This document shows positions 29,032 through 40,100 of a DNA stretch of 64,000 bases, one piece after another. Positions within the stretch are counted from its first letter, which is position 1. Each line of letters begins with the position of its first letter. Origin of the DNA: a virus (taxonomy: Duplodnaviria; Heunggongvirae; Uroviricota; Caudoviricetes); IMG/VR virus record IMGVR_UViG_3300028886_000031, positions 1 through 64,000 of that record. One strand, written 5' to 3'. The notes beneath the pieces were generated by a model, which saw nothing but the letters and a program-made list of their open reading frames with translations, did no database searches and was not told the DNA's origin. The translations under genes were made by a program, and so were the position numbers.

Positions 29032-30252
29032 ATGCCAGTAACAGTAAAAGCAACAGTACCTTCAAAAAATGAAGAGAACAACAATGTCCAGGATATAGAT
29101 AACATAGATCCTGAACTCAATAAACAGCTTGATGAACAAGCTGTGGAAATTACTAGAAACATTGTAGATAGTATTAAATTAACGGAAGATGAGAAGAAAG
29201 AATTAGCAACCGAAGATGATGAGGATCTTGGTTTGCAATTAGAGTTCGATCAGTTCTTAAATGATAAAGTCGAAATTAACAACGAAGATGGCGGTGAGTT
29301 TGGTAAAGTTAAAACTGGAATAGATCTTATAGATCATTTATCTGGTGGAGGTTTTAACCTTGGTGGTTTTACAATGATTGTGGGAATGCCAGGATCATTT
29401 AAGTCTACTTTACTGGCACAGATTATTGGATATAATCAAAAGATATATGGTAAGAATATGCTCTGTGTTTATTTTGATACAGAAGCTGCTATGACAACAA
29501 AGAGACTTAAGCAACTTGGTGCTGGAAATCCTCCAATTAAACCATATGATGATGTCACGATTGAGAAGGTGTTTAAAACAATTGAAGCAATGTGTGCTTA
29601 TAAGCAGGTTAAGAACATTGTAGATATTCCTTCTCTTGTATGCTGGGATAGTATAGCAAATACAACAACGGATTCCGAAAGAGATACAGATAACATTAAC
29701 TCTACAATGGGTTTAAAACAGAAATTGTTATCCCAACTTCTTCCAAGATATCTAAGTAAACTTAAGAAGTACAATATATCACTTATTGGAATTAACCAAT
29801 TAAGAGATAGATTAAATGTAGGCATGTATGCGCCAGCACCAGATTTGATGCATACACAGAACTTTGAGATTCCTGGAGGAAAAGCCGTTAAGTTTAATGC
29901 TTCTCATTTGTTAAAGTTACAGAATAGAGGTGAACTTCAACAGGATAAGTATGAGTTTTCTGGAGTTAAGGTTGAGATAGAGTTTCTGAAGAATAAGTCA
30001 TTTACACCTTTTATTAAGGCACCTATTATTATAGACTTTAAGAAAGGTGTTTCTAATTTCTGGACTAATTATACATTACTTGCTGATAACTCTAAGTTAA
30101 AAACTGGAGCGTGGAACTATTTAGCAGAACTTCCGGATAAGAAGTTTAGAACAAAGGATGCATTTACACTATACAATACAGATGCTAGATTCAAGGAGAT
30201 TTTTGATAAAAACGTCAAGGAAGTTCTAACTTCTGTATATCCAGAAGATTAA
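29032..30252 (+). CDS. uvsX: RecA/UvsX-like recombinase
   Basis: TGIDLIDHLSGGG, GMPGSFKST, FDTE, WDS, INQLR, PGGKAVKF, KNK; SD AAGGA supports ATG at 29032. Confidence 0.9.
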   Translation: MPVTVKATVPSKNEENNNVQDIDNIDPELNKQLDEQAVEITRNIVDSIKLTEDEKKELATEDDEDLGLQLEFDQFLNDKVEINNEDGGEFGKVKTGIDLIDHLSGGGFNLGGFTMIVGMPGSFKSTLLAQIIGYNQKIYGKNMLCVYFDTEAAMTTKRLKQLGAGNPPIKPYDDVTIEKVFKTIEAMCAYKQVKNIVDIPSLVCWDSIANTTTDSERDTDNINSTMGLKQKLLSQLLPRYLSKLKKYNISLIGINQLRDRLNVGMYAPAPDLMHTQNFEIPGGKAVKFNASHLLKLQNRGELQQDKYEFSGVKVEIEFLKNKSFTPFIKAPIIIDFKKGVSNFWTNYTLLADNSKLKTGAWNYLAELPDKKFRTKDAFTLYNTDARFKEIFDKNVKEVLTSVYPED

Positions 30253-30270
30253 AAATCTCCTTTTTTAAGT

Positions 30271-30310
30271 CCTGTATTATGGCATTTTTTCGCCATAATA
30301 CAGGGTTTTT
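30271..30310 (+). terminator. intrinsic terminator
   Basis: CCTGTATTATGGC-N8-GCCATAATACAGG followed by GTTTTT. Confidence 0.85.
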
Positions 30311-30346
30311 ACCGCGATTTTTTGCCGATAAAAGTCGATTTTACTT

Positions 30347-30377
30347 TAAATGTTCATGTAAATACGATATATATATA
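30347..30377 (+). promoter_or_regulatory. putative phage promoter, class A (TAAATG-N12-14-ATATATAT)
   Basis: Same bipartite motif also upstream of the genes starting at 48003 (-) and 57792 (+). Confidence 0.5.
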
Positions 30378-30381
30378 GTTT

Positions 30382-30632
30382 TGATTACAAGGAAGAGTCT
30401 ATGGATTTAGTCTGGTTGACATCTATGGATTCGTTTGAACCTTGGTACAAAAAGCGGGTCGAGTGATCCGTTATTATGTATTGTAATTTATAGTGTGACA
30501 AAGAGTTACCACACTATGAGTTGCTAATCATTGGGGTGTGACGGGATCCCGTTCGGCGGAGAGGTTCTCCATCGGACTTAAAAGCTCCTAAGGATGAGTT
30601 GTCTAAGGGAGACAGGTAACTCTGGCCGTCAT
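30382..30632 (+). ncRNA. structured RNA of unknown family (ncRNA or 5' leader)
   Basis: Two multi-helix domains with long stems containing many G-U pairs on the + strand (see findings). Confidence 0.6.
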
Positions 30633-30662
30633 AACGTTAACAGACAAGAAAGGAAAAACCAA

Positions 30663-31136
30663 ATGAAAAAGTTCATCATGATCATCTCCACAGCGTTCGT
30701 AGCATTCCTTATGGGGTGCAGCGATCCCGAACTTGCTCCATCATCGAGCGTGCAGTCGGATGCGTCTATGCGTCTCAACGAGGCGAAGAATGCGTACGAA
30801 ATTGCCCGTAACGTGTACGAGCATCTGTCCACAAATTCTACCTCTAAGGTGGAGATCGAAAACGCAAGGAAAGCTCTTCAGCAGTTGAGTCAGAACCTGC
30901 AGAATGCTGAGAAGGAGTTCAAACTCCTCCAGAAGTGGGGTATGGCGAAATTCAATGATGCTGATTTGAATGCCATGGCAAAGCACAGATTTGAGAAAGG
31001 CTGGGATATGCACCAGTCTAAACTCTTGTCGAGCAGTGACGAGGCATTCAACATTTCTGTAGCAAGAGGTGTTGCTGCGGAAACGAATACGACCGAGTTG
31101 TGTAAGATGACGACAAGAATCCTCGAACAGAGGTAA
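30663..31136 (+). CDS. lipoprotein
   Basis: MKKFIMIISTAFVAFLMG-C signal peptide and lipobox; SD AAGGA; visibly higher GC than flanks. Confidence 0.75.
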   Translation: MKKFIMIISTAFVAFLMGCSDPELAPSSSVQSDASMRLNEAKNAYEIARNVYEHLSTNSTSKVEIENARKALQQLSQNLQNAEKEFKLLQKWGMAKFNDADLNAMAKHRFEKGWDMHQSKLLSSSDEAFNISVARGVAAETNTTELCKMTTRILEQR

Positions 31137-31185
31137 TAAAGTCGTCATCAAAAGGGTGTCTAACGTTTGTCCATTCCGGACAGCG

Positions 31186-31776
31186 CTAGGCATTCTTTTT
31201 TGCTGTTTTTTTATCTACAGCATCTAATAATTCATATATTCCGTAAGATGATAAACCTTTAGCACCTAAACCTAATGCAAATGGTGATATTTTTCTTATT
31301 ATGCTTGGCTTATCTACTTGGTTTTGTATGTAGTTATTTAAAACAGATCTCGAATAAAGTTGCTTTTCTACATCTGTTGTCATTGAATTTAGGTTCTTCT
31401 GATATTCTTCTGATGATGGAACTTTTGGGGGATCTGGATGATTTGCTACATAATGCTTATTTATATTATAGCCAACCCATGAGCCAATTCCAGTTCCTAT
31501 TAATTGAGATAAAAGAATCTTGCCAAATTTTGAATATTTAATTATATGTGTCAAAATGAAATCTATATATTCATCCCTATTCCAATTGATATCTATATCA
31601 TCAGCTAAGAATTTATATTTTTGCTCACCTGTAAGTAATAGGCTTTTCTTCAGATCTATTGGATTTGGAAATTTTTTTAGGAATATATTTAATAGTTTTT
31701 GTTGTTTATTATATGACCAAACAGTTTTTGGTTCTGCGTCCCAAAATTTACTCACTTTATTATAATCAGATTCCAT
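31186..31776 (-). CDS. glycine-zipper membrane-type protein, paralogue of 45931..46530
   Basis: Shared PKTV(W/Y)...Q.KL...K.P and EYIDF; LIGTGIGSWVG. Confidence 0.6.
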   Translation of the reverse strand: MESDYNKVSKFWDAEPKTVWSYNKQQKLLNIFLKKFPNPIDLKKSLLLTGEQKYKFLADDIDINWNRDEYIDFILTHIIKYSKFGKILLSQLIGTGIGSWVGYNINKHYVANHPDPPKVPSSEEYQKNLNSMTTDVEKQLYSRSVLNNYIQNQVDKPSIIRKISPFALGLGAKGLSSYGIYELLDAVDKKTAKKNA

Positions 31777-31857
31777 ATAATTTCATTATTTGATATTTTA
31801 GTTTTTTCAGAATTCTTTCTCTGAATAAATTACAAAACTCTTGGATTTTTAAAAAAT

Positions 31858-32397
31858 ATGAATAAAACAATACATAAGAAATTAATTACAGAAGCCATCA
31901 GAGGATGGTTTGTGTTAGATAATATTCTGTTTAACGGTTCGGCAGATAAATGTCTAAAGGAACATTCGAATGTATTAAACAGATATAATCAAATTAAGAA
32001 AAAATTCCTTAAAACGGTATTTGAGTTTTATGTTAAGATTGGATATAAATCCAGTTTTAATGTTCTTCCAAACACAAGTAATGAAGTTCAAAAGTCTGCT
32101 AATATTATTACAGAATCTCTGAAGAAAGAACTTAGCAAACAGTTTACAATGAATAGTAAACAGTATTGCAAGATTATCTCTGAAGGTGTAGATGTTAATA
32201 ATGATAAACTTCTTAAAACAAGAACCAATTATCTCGGTAGAGCACTCATGATAGAGAATTTCTTTATTAAGAAACCACAGAGAACATGTATTGGAAGCAA
32301 TCTAAGTAAACCAGAGTTAGATATTTATAAGAACTGTCTCAACGAATGTACGGATCTAATGCTTAAGATAGCAATGAAGTACAATAAAAAATTCTAA
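31858..32397 (+). CDS. hypothetical protein (possible head protein)
   Basis: LITE, IITE and IISE motifs; GAATAAAT upstream. Confidence 0.6.
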   Translation: MNKTIHKKLITEAIRGWFVLDNILFNGSADKCLKEHSNVLNRYNQIKKKFLKTVFEFYVKIGYKSSFNVLPNTSNEVQKSANIITESLKKELSKQFTMNSKQYCKIISEGVDVNNDKLLKTRTNYLGRALMIENFFIKKPQRTCIGSNLSKPELDIYKNCLNECTDLMLKIAMKYNKKF

Positions 32398-32399
32398 TT

Positions 32400-32720
32400 A
32401 TGGATGTTGTTCAGAAACTTCTTAATGAACGTAAACAATTATATGATATTGTTAAAAAGAATTGTGTGCGTCCAGTAATAGATACTGGTCATTGTGATGA
32501 TTGTCATGATTTGCATGTTGGAGTTCAGCATTATGAGGATATGACTTTAAATGAGCCTCCAAAACCAGAGAATTTACATCACATAGATGATGAATGGCAA
32601 AACATAGAAGATAGTCCAACACATCCATTAACAAAGCAATCAGTGGAATCTGAGAGTATTAGTTCTGAGGAAGAATCGAACCAAGAACAAATAAATAATA
32701 ACGTACCATTGTTTTTATAA
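32400..32720 (+). CDS. hypothetical protein
   Basis: 106 aa; LLNE, CDDC. Confidence 0.5.
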   Translation: MDVVQKLLNERKQLYDIVKKNCVRPVIDTGHCDDCHDLHVGVQHYEDMTLNEPPKPENLHHIDDEWQNIEDSPTHPLTKQSVESESISSEEESNQEQINNNVPLFL

Positions 32721-32738
32721 GTTTTAAGAGGTTAAATA

Positions 32739-34196
32739 ATGATTTTCATATATCCAGCATCCGTAAGTGAAACTTGCGATAAACGTATTGTACCTGCTGT
32801 AGCTAAATGTATAGAGAGATTTTTCTTGACACAAATTATGGATGCTATGTCCGATAATGTTATTCCGTTGTCTAGAAAATATGTCGGGAGTAATTATGGA
32901 CCAATATTAATGGAGTGCGTTAACAACTATAACAAGAAACAATTGGTCACAGAGAATAAGATTTTGTTAGAAGATATTGCTACCGCTGCCGATTTTACAT
33001 ATCGAGTTAATGATATAATTAAAGATTCCCATAGTAGGGATCTAGCAACTTTACAAGGTGTTGTGAATAAGTTATCTAATCTAGCACATGAAATAGATAA
33101 TTATCGAGATGGTGGTCCTACTGATCGCGACACATTAACTGGTAATGAAAAGGATAGATTACTTAGAGATATACAAAGAGAGATGTCTAGAGTTCAAAAT
33201 AGAATTGATCAAATAGAGAGAAGATCACCTGATATTAATGGTCGCACTAGGGAAGATAGACAAGAAAGTAGGGATGAAGAAAGATTACAGTTAGAAAAAG
33301 AAAAGAATCAAAGGGAATGGCAGAAAGAACGTAGGGACGATTTGCTACAGAGAAGAAAAGATGCTAGAGAGACAAATAGAGATGCTCGTGAGTTTGAAGC
33401 ATATGCTGATGAAAGAGCTGGTTCAGGAACTGGTCATTACATGCCTTTGGATACAAAAATAGATATTACACCAACAGTTGGAAGTGTATGGGCACCAGTT
33501 TATTATAAAGGTGGTCCAAGAAATGGTGCTATCAAGGATATAGAACTTTCTATTGCCGTTAAAGTTATTCCTACGATAATTAAGAATTTTAAGGTTCTAG
33601 AAAAAGATCTCTTAGACGATTACTTTACAAAGAAAAGTGAAAGCTATTTTAAATCTAAAGGAAGAAATGCTGCTAGACATGTTTACAACGCACTAAAGAG
33701 ACTTCCTTTTGGAATGGGTGATGCTATTTGGAAACATGGTATGATGGCTGTTGCTGGTGATGATGTTGAACGTGAAAGTAGAAAAGATATTATATATAAT
33801 TCACATGGCTTTGTAAATGCTTCAGCGTTTCATAAATCATCAAGTTCACCAAACAATTACAATTTTACATCTAATATTGTTATATTTAACAAAGATGATT
33901 TAACAGATCCGGATGATTCTAATATCTTCCAAAATAGATCTGCAATGGTTAAATTATTTAAGTTGGGATGGTCTACATTCTGCATGCTTGATCCAGTAGA
34001 GGAGATGATGTATTTTATTTCTTCATTGGATGGTGGTTACATGCATCCAATTCCATATAGATACATTATGGAATCTTATGGTTCCAGAGCTTATTATGGA
34101 ACAGAGGAAAAATTAAAAGATGCTGCTAAACCATTTTCAATCAAGCGTGGTAATTTCAGTAATTTTTCCAAAGTGTTCTATAAGAAGAGAAAGTAA
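32739..34196 (+). CDS. hypothetical protein with charged coiled-coil insert (probable virion protein)
   Basis: 485 aa; LME/VTE/LLE motifs precede an R/E/D-rich helix; SD GAGG. Confidence 0.6.
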   Translation: MIFIYPASVSETCDKRIVPAVAKCIERFFLTQIMDAMSDNVIPLSRKYVGSNYGPILMECVNNYNKKQLVTENKILLEDIATAADFTYRVNDIIKDSHSRDLATLQGVVNKLSNLAHEIDNYRDGGPTDRDTLTGNEKDRLLRDIQREMSRVQNRIDQIERRSPDINGRTREDRQESRDEERLQLEKEKNQREWQKERRDDLLQRRKDARETNRDAREFEAYADERAGSGTGHYMPLDTKIDITPTVGSVWAPVYYKGGPRNGAIKDIELSIAVKVIPTIIKNFKVLEKDLLDDYFTKKSESYFKSKGRNAARHVYNALKRLPFGMGDAIWKHGMMAVAGDDVERESRKDIIYNSHGFVNASAFHKSSSSPNNYNFTSNIVIFNKDDLTDPDDSNIFQNRSAMVKLFKLGWSTFCMLDPVEEMMYFISSLDGGYMHPIPYRYIMESYGSRAYYGTEEKLKDAAKPFSIKRGNFSNFSKVFYKKRK

Positions 34197-34915
34197 TGTC
34201 TAATAATACAGAAGTTGAATTGCCTCCTCAAGAACCAGATGAGGCTAATGTTTTTAAAATTGAAAATTCCCCATTTGAACTTTCTTTAAGAATAGAAAGT
34301 TTTTCTAATGAGAAAGATGAGATTAGTTTCATCAAATCTGTAGAAAAAATGGTGAGGTTTAGTCCAGAGTATAAGTTATGGGTAAATTACATAGTAGATA
34401 CTCTTGGTCAAAATAAATGTGAGTTTACAGGCGAGATAAAAGGCGAGTGTCCTGTCGAGGTTCATCATCATCCTATATGTCTGTACACGATTGTTAAAGC
34501 TGTTATAGAAGATAAAATGAGGAAAAAAGAGCCGTTCTGTACTTTCGATATTGCTAGGGATGTAATAGAGTTACATTTCCAAAACAAAGTCGGGTATGTT
34601 TTAATGCTCTCTGATCTACATGCTAAATATCATAATGGATATATGCAAATTCCAATAGAGTTTGTAAGTGGTGATTATAAACATATATTAACGCACTTTG
34701 AAATAGAACAAGAGGAATATTCACGTATACTCCTGTTATGTGGAGTTCATAAGGATGATATTGTCCAGTCTTGGGGCAAGAATAATTATCCAGGATTAAC
34801 AAATTCTAATACGGAAGTTAAACAAATAGATAACCAACAGGTAATGTTGGTTTCTGAACAACCTCAACAATCTATAACAGATGAAAAAGTTCTAGATATG
34901 ATATCTGTTGTATAA
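34196..34915 (+). CDS. HNH-like protein
   Basis: CEFTG...VEVHHHP...LHAKYHNG. Confidence 0.5.
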   Translation: MSNNTEVELPPQEPDEANVFKIENSPFELSLRIESFSNEKDEISFIKSVEKMVRFSPEYKLWVNYIVDTLGQNKCEFTGEIKGECPVEVHHHPICLYTIVKAVIEDKMRKKEPFCTFDIARDVIELHFQNKVGYVLMLSDLHAKYHNGYMQIPIEFVSGDYKHILTHFEIEQEEYSRILLLCGVHKDDIVQSWGKNNYPGLTNSNTEVKQIDNQQVMLVSEQPQQSITDEKVLDMISVV

Positions 34916-34930
34916 AAAGAATAAACAAAT

Positions 34931-35734
34931 ATGGCAGAAGGAATTGGAACAGAATCTAGTGGAATGGTTAGCATTTCCAACGATATAGATTTCTATAGGT
35001 ATAAATATAGGGACTACGAACAACAGTTGGATGGCACAAGAATCCACGTTTCATTTGTCTCGCCAATATTTTCTGTTTTTGAAAAATATAGATTCTATCT
35101 TTTACAGAATAGTGTAAAAGTTCCTTTGGATAAAAAATACTGGTATAGACCAGACTATATATCCTTTATGTATTATGGAACAACTGCCTGGTGGCAATTG
35201 GTTCTATGGCTCAATAATGTAAATGCTATAGAGTATTTTACAATAGATGAGATTATAGTTCCAATCCCAGAAGCAATAGATACTTTACAACAAGAGGCAT
35301 ATACAGCTGGTGCATATTTAGATATTAATGAAGATGCTAAACACAATGTTACGTTGTTTACATTATATAAGCCTGCTCAAAGTAATATAATAGATCTTAA
35401 ACGGAGTTTCAGTAATAGTTCAACGCTATCACAATTAACAGAACCTCCAGAAGAAGAAAAGACAATCTTCCATAGAGAAATTTATGAAATGACCATTCCA
35501 ATTCTTAGACTTAGATATGTTGATTTGGAGAAAATTCCAATAGAAAAGTCTCTAAGAGTTATTGCTAAATGTAGACCAAATTTAATATTTGGAAAGCATT
35601 ATACTCTAGTAGAAAACGATGATGGGAAAAAGAATAGGATTACTTGGGATCCTAAGATTATAGAGAATGCTGGTCTTTTATTTAAATTACAAGAAAACGA
35701 TGTATTGGAAATACAGTATGTTTCTAAAGAATAG
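34931..35734 (+). CDS. baseplate wedge protein (T4 gp53-like, LysM-type)
   Basis: YRPDYISFMYYGTTAWWQLVLWLNNV. Confidence 0.75.
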   Translation: MAEGIGTESSGMVSISNDIDFYRYKYRDYEQQLDGTRIHVSFVSPIFSVFEKYRFYLLQNSVKVPLDKKYWYRPDYISFMYYGTTAWWQLVLWLNNVNAIEYFTIDEIIVPIPEAIDTLQQEAYTAGAYLDINEDAKHNVTLFTLYKPAQSNIIDLKRSFSNSSTLSQLTEPPEEEKTIFHREIYEMTIPILRLRYVDLEKIPIEKSLRVIAKCRPNLIFGKHYTLVENDDGKKNRITWDPKIIENAGLLFKLQENDVLEIQYVSKE

Positions 35735-36173
35735 GAAGATTACAGAGTATAAACAGATAACAAGGCTTACATCCCATCCAAATTGTAAATTAAATGTAGC
35801 ACCTTGTGATATTAAATCATTGTATTTTTGGTTTGATCAATGTAATGATGTTATACCATCTGTTCTGACGTTTTCGAATAGTGGAATACAGCATATTAAC
35901 TACGAGGATATAAAAATAGTTATAATCACTAGGGATCTTGGATTACATAAGACATACGATAAAGATAATAACTATTATTTACATTATGATTGTAACTATG
36001 TCAAAAACAACTATAAACATTATTTGACTCCATATCAGAGAACAAACGCACTTATCGGGAGTTATATTATAGATTGGAGAGATAATTATAAATTAAGAGA
36101 AAGACTCAAATTAAATGAGTCTGAGTTTATAGAATTGAATTATTATATATTTGATCCCAACTATCCCGAATAA
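35667..36173 (+). CDS. hypothetical protein
   Basis: ORF fills the gap; true start probably the downstream ATG near 35718. Confidence 0.5.
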   Translation: MLVFYLNYKKTMYWKYSMFLKNRKITEYKQITRLTSHPNCKLNVAPCDIKSLYFWFDQCNDVIPSVLTFSNSGIQHINYEDIKIVIITRDLGLHKTYDKDNNYYLHYDCNYVKNNYKHYLTPYQRTNALIGSYIIDWRDNYKLRERLKLNESEFIELNYYIFDPNYPE

Positions 36174-36199
36174 ATTTAAATTTCGTTTATGGATTAAAT

Positions 36200-37084
36200 A
36201 TGATTACTAAGAAACTATCATTACTTCGTGACATTCCAAATATTGTCAATATGTCACAGGCTGATGTGGATCTTTATAAAATAAATGACGATGATACTAG
36301 GCAGTTTATAGATTCTGTAGATCTTTTTAGTAATAGAGCAAAGAATCATAATAGCTATCAGTATGTCAAGTTCCATGTAGATAACAATTTCAAGTTTTTA
36401 GATATTGTAAAGATTCCAAAATATCCACTTCTCGCTGTATATAATAGTAATACAAAGAAGTGTCTTATCAATATATCAGCATCTCTTAAAACAAATGTTA
36501 ACAATATTGACTCTCGTGATCTGTACACAATGGTTTTCTATGCTCATTGTTGTAGTTGTTTAAGTGTATCTAATATTAATCCAGGTTTTTATGAGTTCTT
36601 CTGTAACTTTATATGCTTGATGTTTTTAAAGTTATTTGCTAAGAAATATGGAATTACTGGAAGTTATGTAGATCTAATACCTCAATTTAAATATGTTGTA
36701 AGCTGTTATATACTTATGAGGTTCTTTGGAATCAATTTTACAGAGGCGAATAAAAAAGCTAAGGCGTATAGTAAGTTTGATTCTAACCTCTTGTTTAAAA
36801 GAGTAAATATATCAGATTATAATCTATCAGATATTAAGGATATGTTGAGACTTCTGGATAAAAGTGGTATATGTCCAGGACTTGGACCTTATAGATTTTT
36901 GGAAACTGTTATTAGATATTATGGTCCAATGAATCTATGTATGTTTGAAGATATTATGAGATTTAGTTGTGCATTGTTATGTTCAAGTATTAACTCAAAT
37001 TCATTTTTCCCACAGATATTCCAGCTAGCGTATTCTAGACAGGATTACGAAAAGATTACACAAATAGTAGAAAAATATCTATAA
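36200..37084 (+). CDS. hypothetical protein in the baseplate module
   Basis: 294-aa ORF preceded by GAATAAATTTAAA. Confidence 0.65.
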   Translation: MITKKLSLLRDIPNIVNMSQADVDLYKINDDDTRQFIDSVDLFSNRAKNHNSYQYVKFHVDNNFKFLDIVKIPKYPLLAVYNSNTKKCLINISASLKTNVNNIDSRDLYTMVFYAHCCSCLSVSNINPGFYEFFCNFICLMFLKLFAKKYGITGSYVDLIPQFKYVVSCYILMRFFGINFTEANKKAKAYSKFDSNLLFKRVNISDYNLSDIKDMLRLLDKSGICPGLGPYRFLETVIRYYGPMNLCMFEDIMRFSCALLCSSINSNSFFPQIFQLAYSRQDYEKITQIVEKYL

Positions 37085-37103
37085 GTTGTAAAAAGGTAAA
37101 TTT

Positions 37104-40100
37104 ATGGTTGTTAATGGTAGATTGTATGGTTTCTATAGAGCACTTGTTGTAAACGCCCATGATCCTAAAAAGACAGGAAGGGTAAAAGTACACATTCCTG
37201 ATATCATGCTCGATAAAGGCTGGACTGGACAATGGTGCGATAATGGAATATGGGCACATCCAGCAAACAACATGCTTGGAGGTAGAAATACATACGATAT
37301 AGATGGTGTAAGATGTTCTCATCAAGATGCTAGATATCAGGGTCAATGTATGATTCCACCGAAGGGGTCACATGTATTTCTGTTCTTTGAAAAAGGTGAT
37401 CCTAGTAGACCATATTACTTTGCTGCTGCAGATTATGGTCAGACAAAAGTTCTACCAGAAAATAGAGTAGGTTCAAAATGGGAAGAGAAGTGGACTCTAA
37501 TTAAAACACATAAAGGTCGTGCTATTGTAGTTAGTGATGAAGATGGGTACGATGGTAGAGTAGAGATTACTGGTAAGAAGAGAGCAATTCATAATAGTCC
37601 TGATGGTGATACGGAATCTGTATTTAATATAGATGGGAATCAGACTGTATTTTTAATAGATGAACGTACTGGAAGTCATGAAAAAGTAATGCTTAAGGAT
37701 TATCGTGGAAATTACATAAAGATGATCCAGGACGAAGCTGGTAGAAATGATCAGCTCCATATTTTCATGAAAGACGATATTCATATAGAGACATTGAAGA
37801 ATATCTATATAGAAGCACATGAAGATATACATATGACAGCACATAAAGATATTTTTATTACAGCTTTAAACGATATGTATATAAAAGTAGATAAGCATTT
37901 TAGTGAGATGGCACAATTAATAGATAGATATTCAGAAACAAAAGACAGAAGATATGCTGCTACAAACATTGAGGATAAAGCTGATGTAGATTATGCTATG
38001 TCTGCGGGAGCCAATATAAAAGAAATGGCTGGAGCAATGTGCGGAAGAGATGCTGGGAGTTCTATTGCTGATAAAGCCGGAGGTGCGTGGTGTGCCCAAG
38101 CTAGTTCTACAGCTTCAATGATTGGAGCTGGCGGTGCGTTCGTAGATGGACCACAATCAGCAGTAAATAATGGAAGTGCTCCCGTAAGTCCCCCTAAAGG
38201 AATAGATCCAGCTAGACCATCCCAAAAAGCAACTTTACCTGTACCAGATCCTGAGAGACATTTTACTCCAACTGATGATGGCTGGGCTCCTGTGGCTCCA
38301 GAAGAAAATCCACAAAACAAATGCCATCAAAAATTCTGGAAGAATCCACAATGGAAGAATTTAAGTAGTCCGAGTCAATGTCATAACGCAAAAGTTGGAG
38401 GATCTGGAAGTGGTGCAGCAAGTGGAACTGGAGGTTCCGGCGGAGGCGGTGGAGCCGGAGGTGGAGGAGGATCTGGTGGTGCTGGAGGAGGTTCTGGCGC
38501 AGGCGGTGGAGCCGGAGGCGGAGGAGGATCTGGTGGTGCTGGAGGATCTGGTGGAGGCGGTGGTGCACGAAGTTCTTCTCCATCCGCTAATTTAGCAACA
38601 AATGCTATTAATAAAGCAATAGATATTACAACAAATGTATCGAAAAATGTAGCCGATGTTACATCTAATGCAGCAACATCAATTAAAGATACAATTAATA
38701 AGGTAATAAGTACTGCTACAAATCTTCCAGTTACTGCAGCCAATGTTGTAAATGGTGCTTTAGGGGCTGTAGACGCTGCGGCATCTAGTGTAATAAATGG
38801 AATAGGTAATACAGTTCAAACTGCTATATCTGCTACGAATTATATTACATCCGCTGTAAACTCTACAGTTAATGGAGTGGATTCAGCAATTAAAACATCT
38901 GTTCAAACTCTATTTGAGAAGATTTCTGACAATAAAGTTACAAATACAATTAACGATGTTGTTACAGATGCTATGAGTGCTGCTCTATATGGAGCACATA
39001 CAGCGTCAGCGGTTCTTGGTGATGTTAGGGAAATGTTCTATAATACGCTTGTAGATGCTGGAAATTTTACACAAGCTATTGCTACAAATACTCTGGGAAC
39101 TGTATTAAATACAGTGAATTTAGCTAGTGCCTATGCTAATGCTACAATGAATAATATAACTGGTTTTATGGCATCAAATGTAAATGCTATATGTAATAAT
39201 CTATCCAACGCTATAGGAACGGCAGTAGATACAGGATCTGGGATTGTTAATAACTTCGCAAATATGGCATTAAATGTATCTGGTGATGTATTATCAGCTG
39301 GAGGTAACGCCATAGATAACATACTTAGTACACTTATAAACGGCGCTATAGATACAGCAAAAAATACAGGAGAAACATTTTACGATTCTGCATTAGATGG
39401 TATATATTCCACAATGGGAATGTTATCTAATGCGGCAAAGCAGCAAGTAGTACAGCAATTCTATAGTAGGTGTTGTGATTTTATTAGTTCTTCTCCTAGT
39501 GTCTATAATCAAAATATCATTGATGGATTAGCTGGTTTTCGTACATTTATAAATACTCTGGATATAACAGCAAATGTTACGAATATGTTTGCAACACAAA
39601 TTGTATATAATACAGTCTATTGTACAAAAGTGATTGAAGATGCCTATCATAAGCTTCCACAAATTACAGCTAATACTTTAACTGCTTATGTATTTGAAGG
39701 ATTAATAAGTGCTGTAGATTCTATTCAAAGTAGATGTAATGATTATCTTATTTCTAATATTAGAAATAATATGTATCAACAGATATATTCTATAGATAAA
39801 TTTATCTATTCTACTATGGATGCTGCAAGTCTGTTATGTACTGTTTATCATGAAATATGTGATCCACTTCTAACCCATGATTGTAATGATTTCTGCCTAC
39901 ATAATCTAGTTCAGATATCTACTGATAATTTTATGGATGTTGTCGGATCTGATCTTAATGAATGTATAGACGAATGTATATCAGATTCTTATGGGGAACT
40001 TGTAACTGATGTAATAGGAAGTATTACAGATAACATTCCAACCCTAGAAGGTTTGAGAGCATACATTCCAGTATCTATAGTAGATACATATGCCTCTTTA

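Noticed and set aside
30594-30662. ORF-track start of the lipoprotein at 30594
   Set aside because: Lies inside the structured element; SD and signal peptide support ATG 30663
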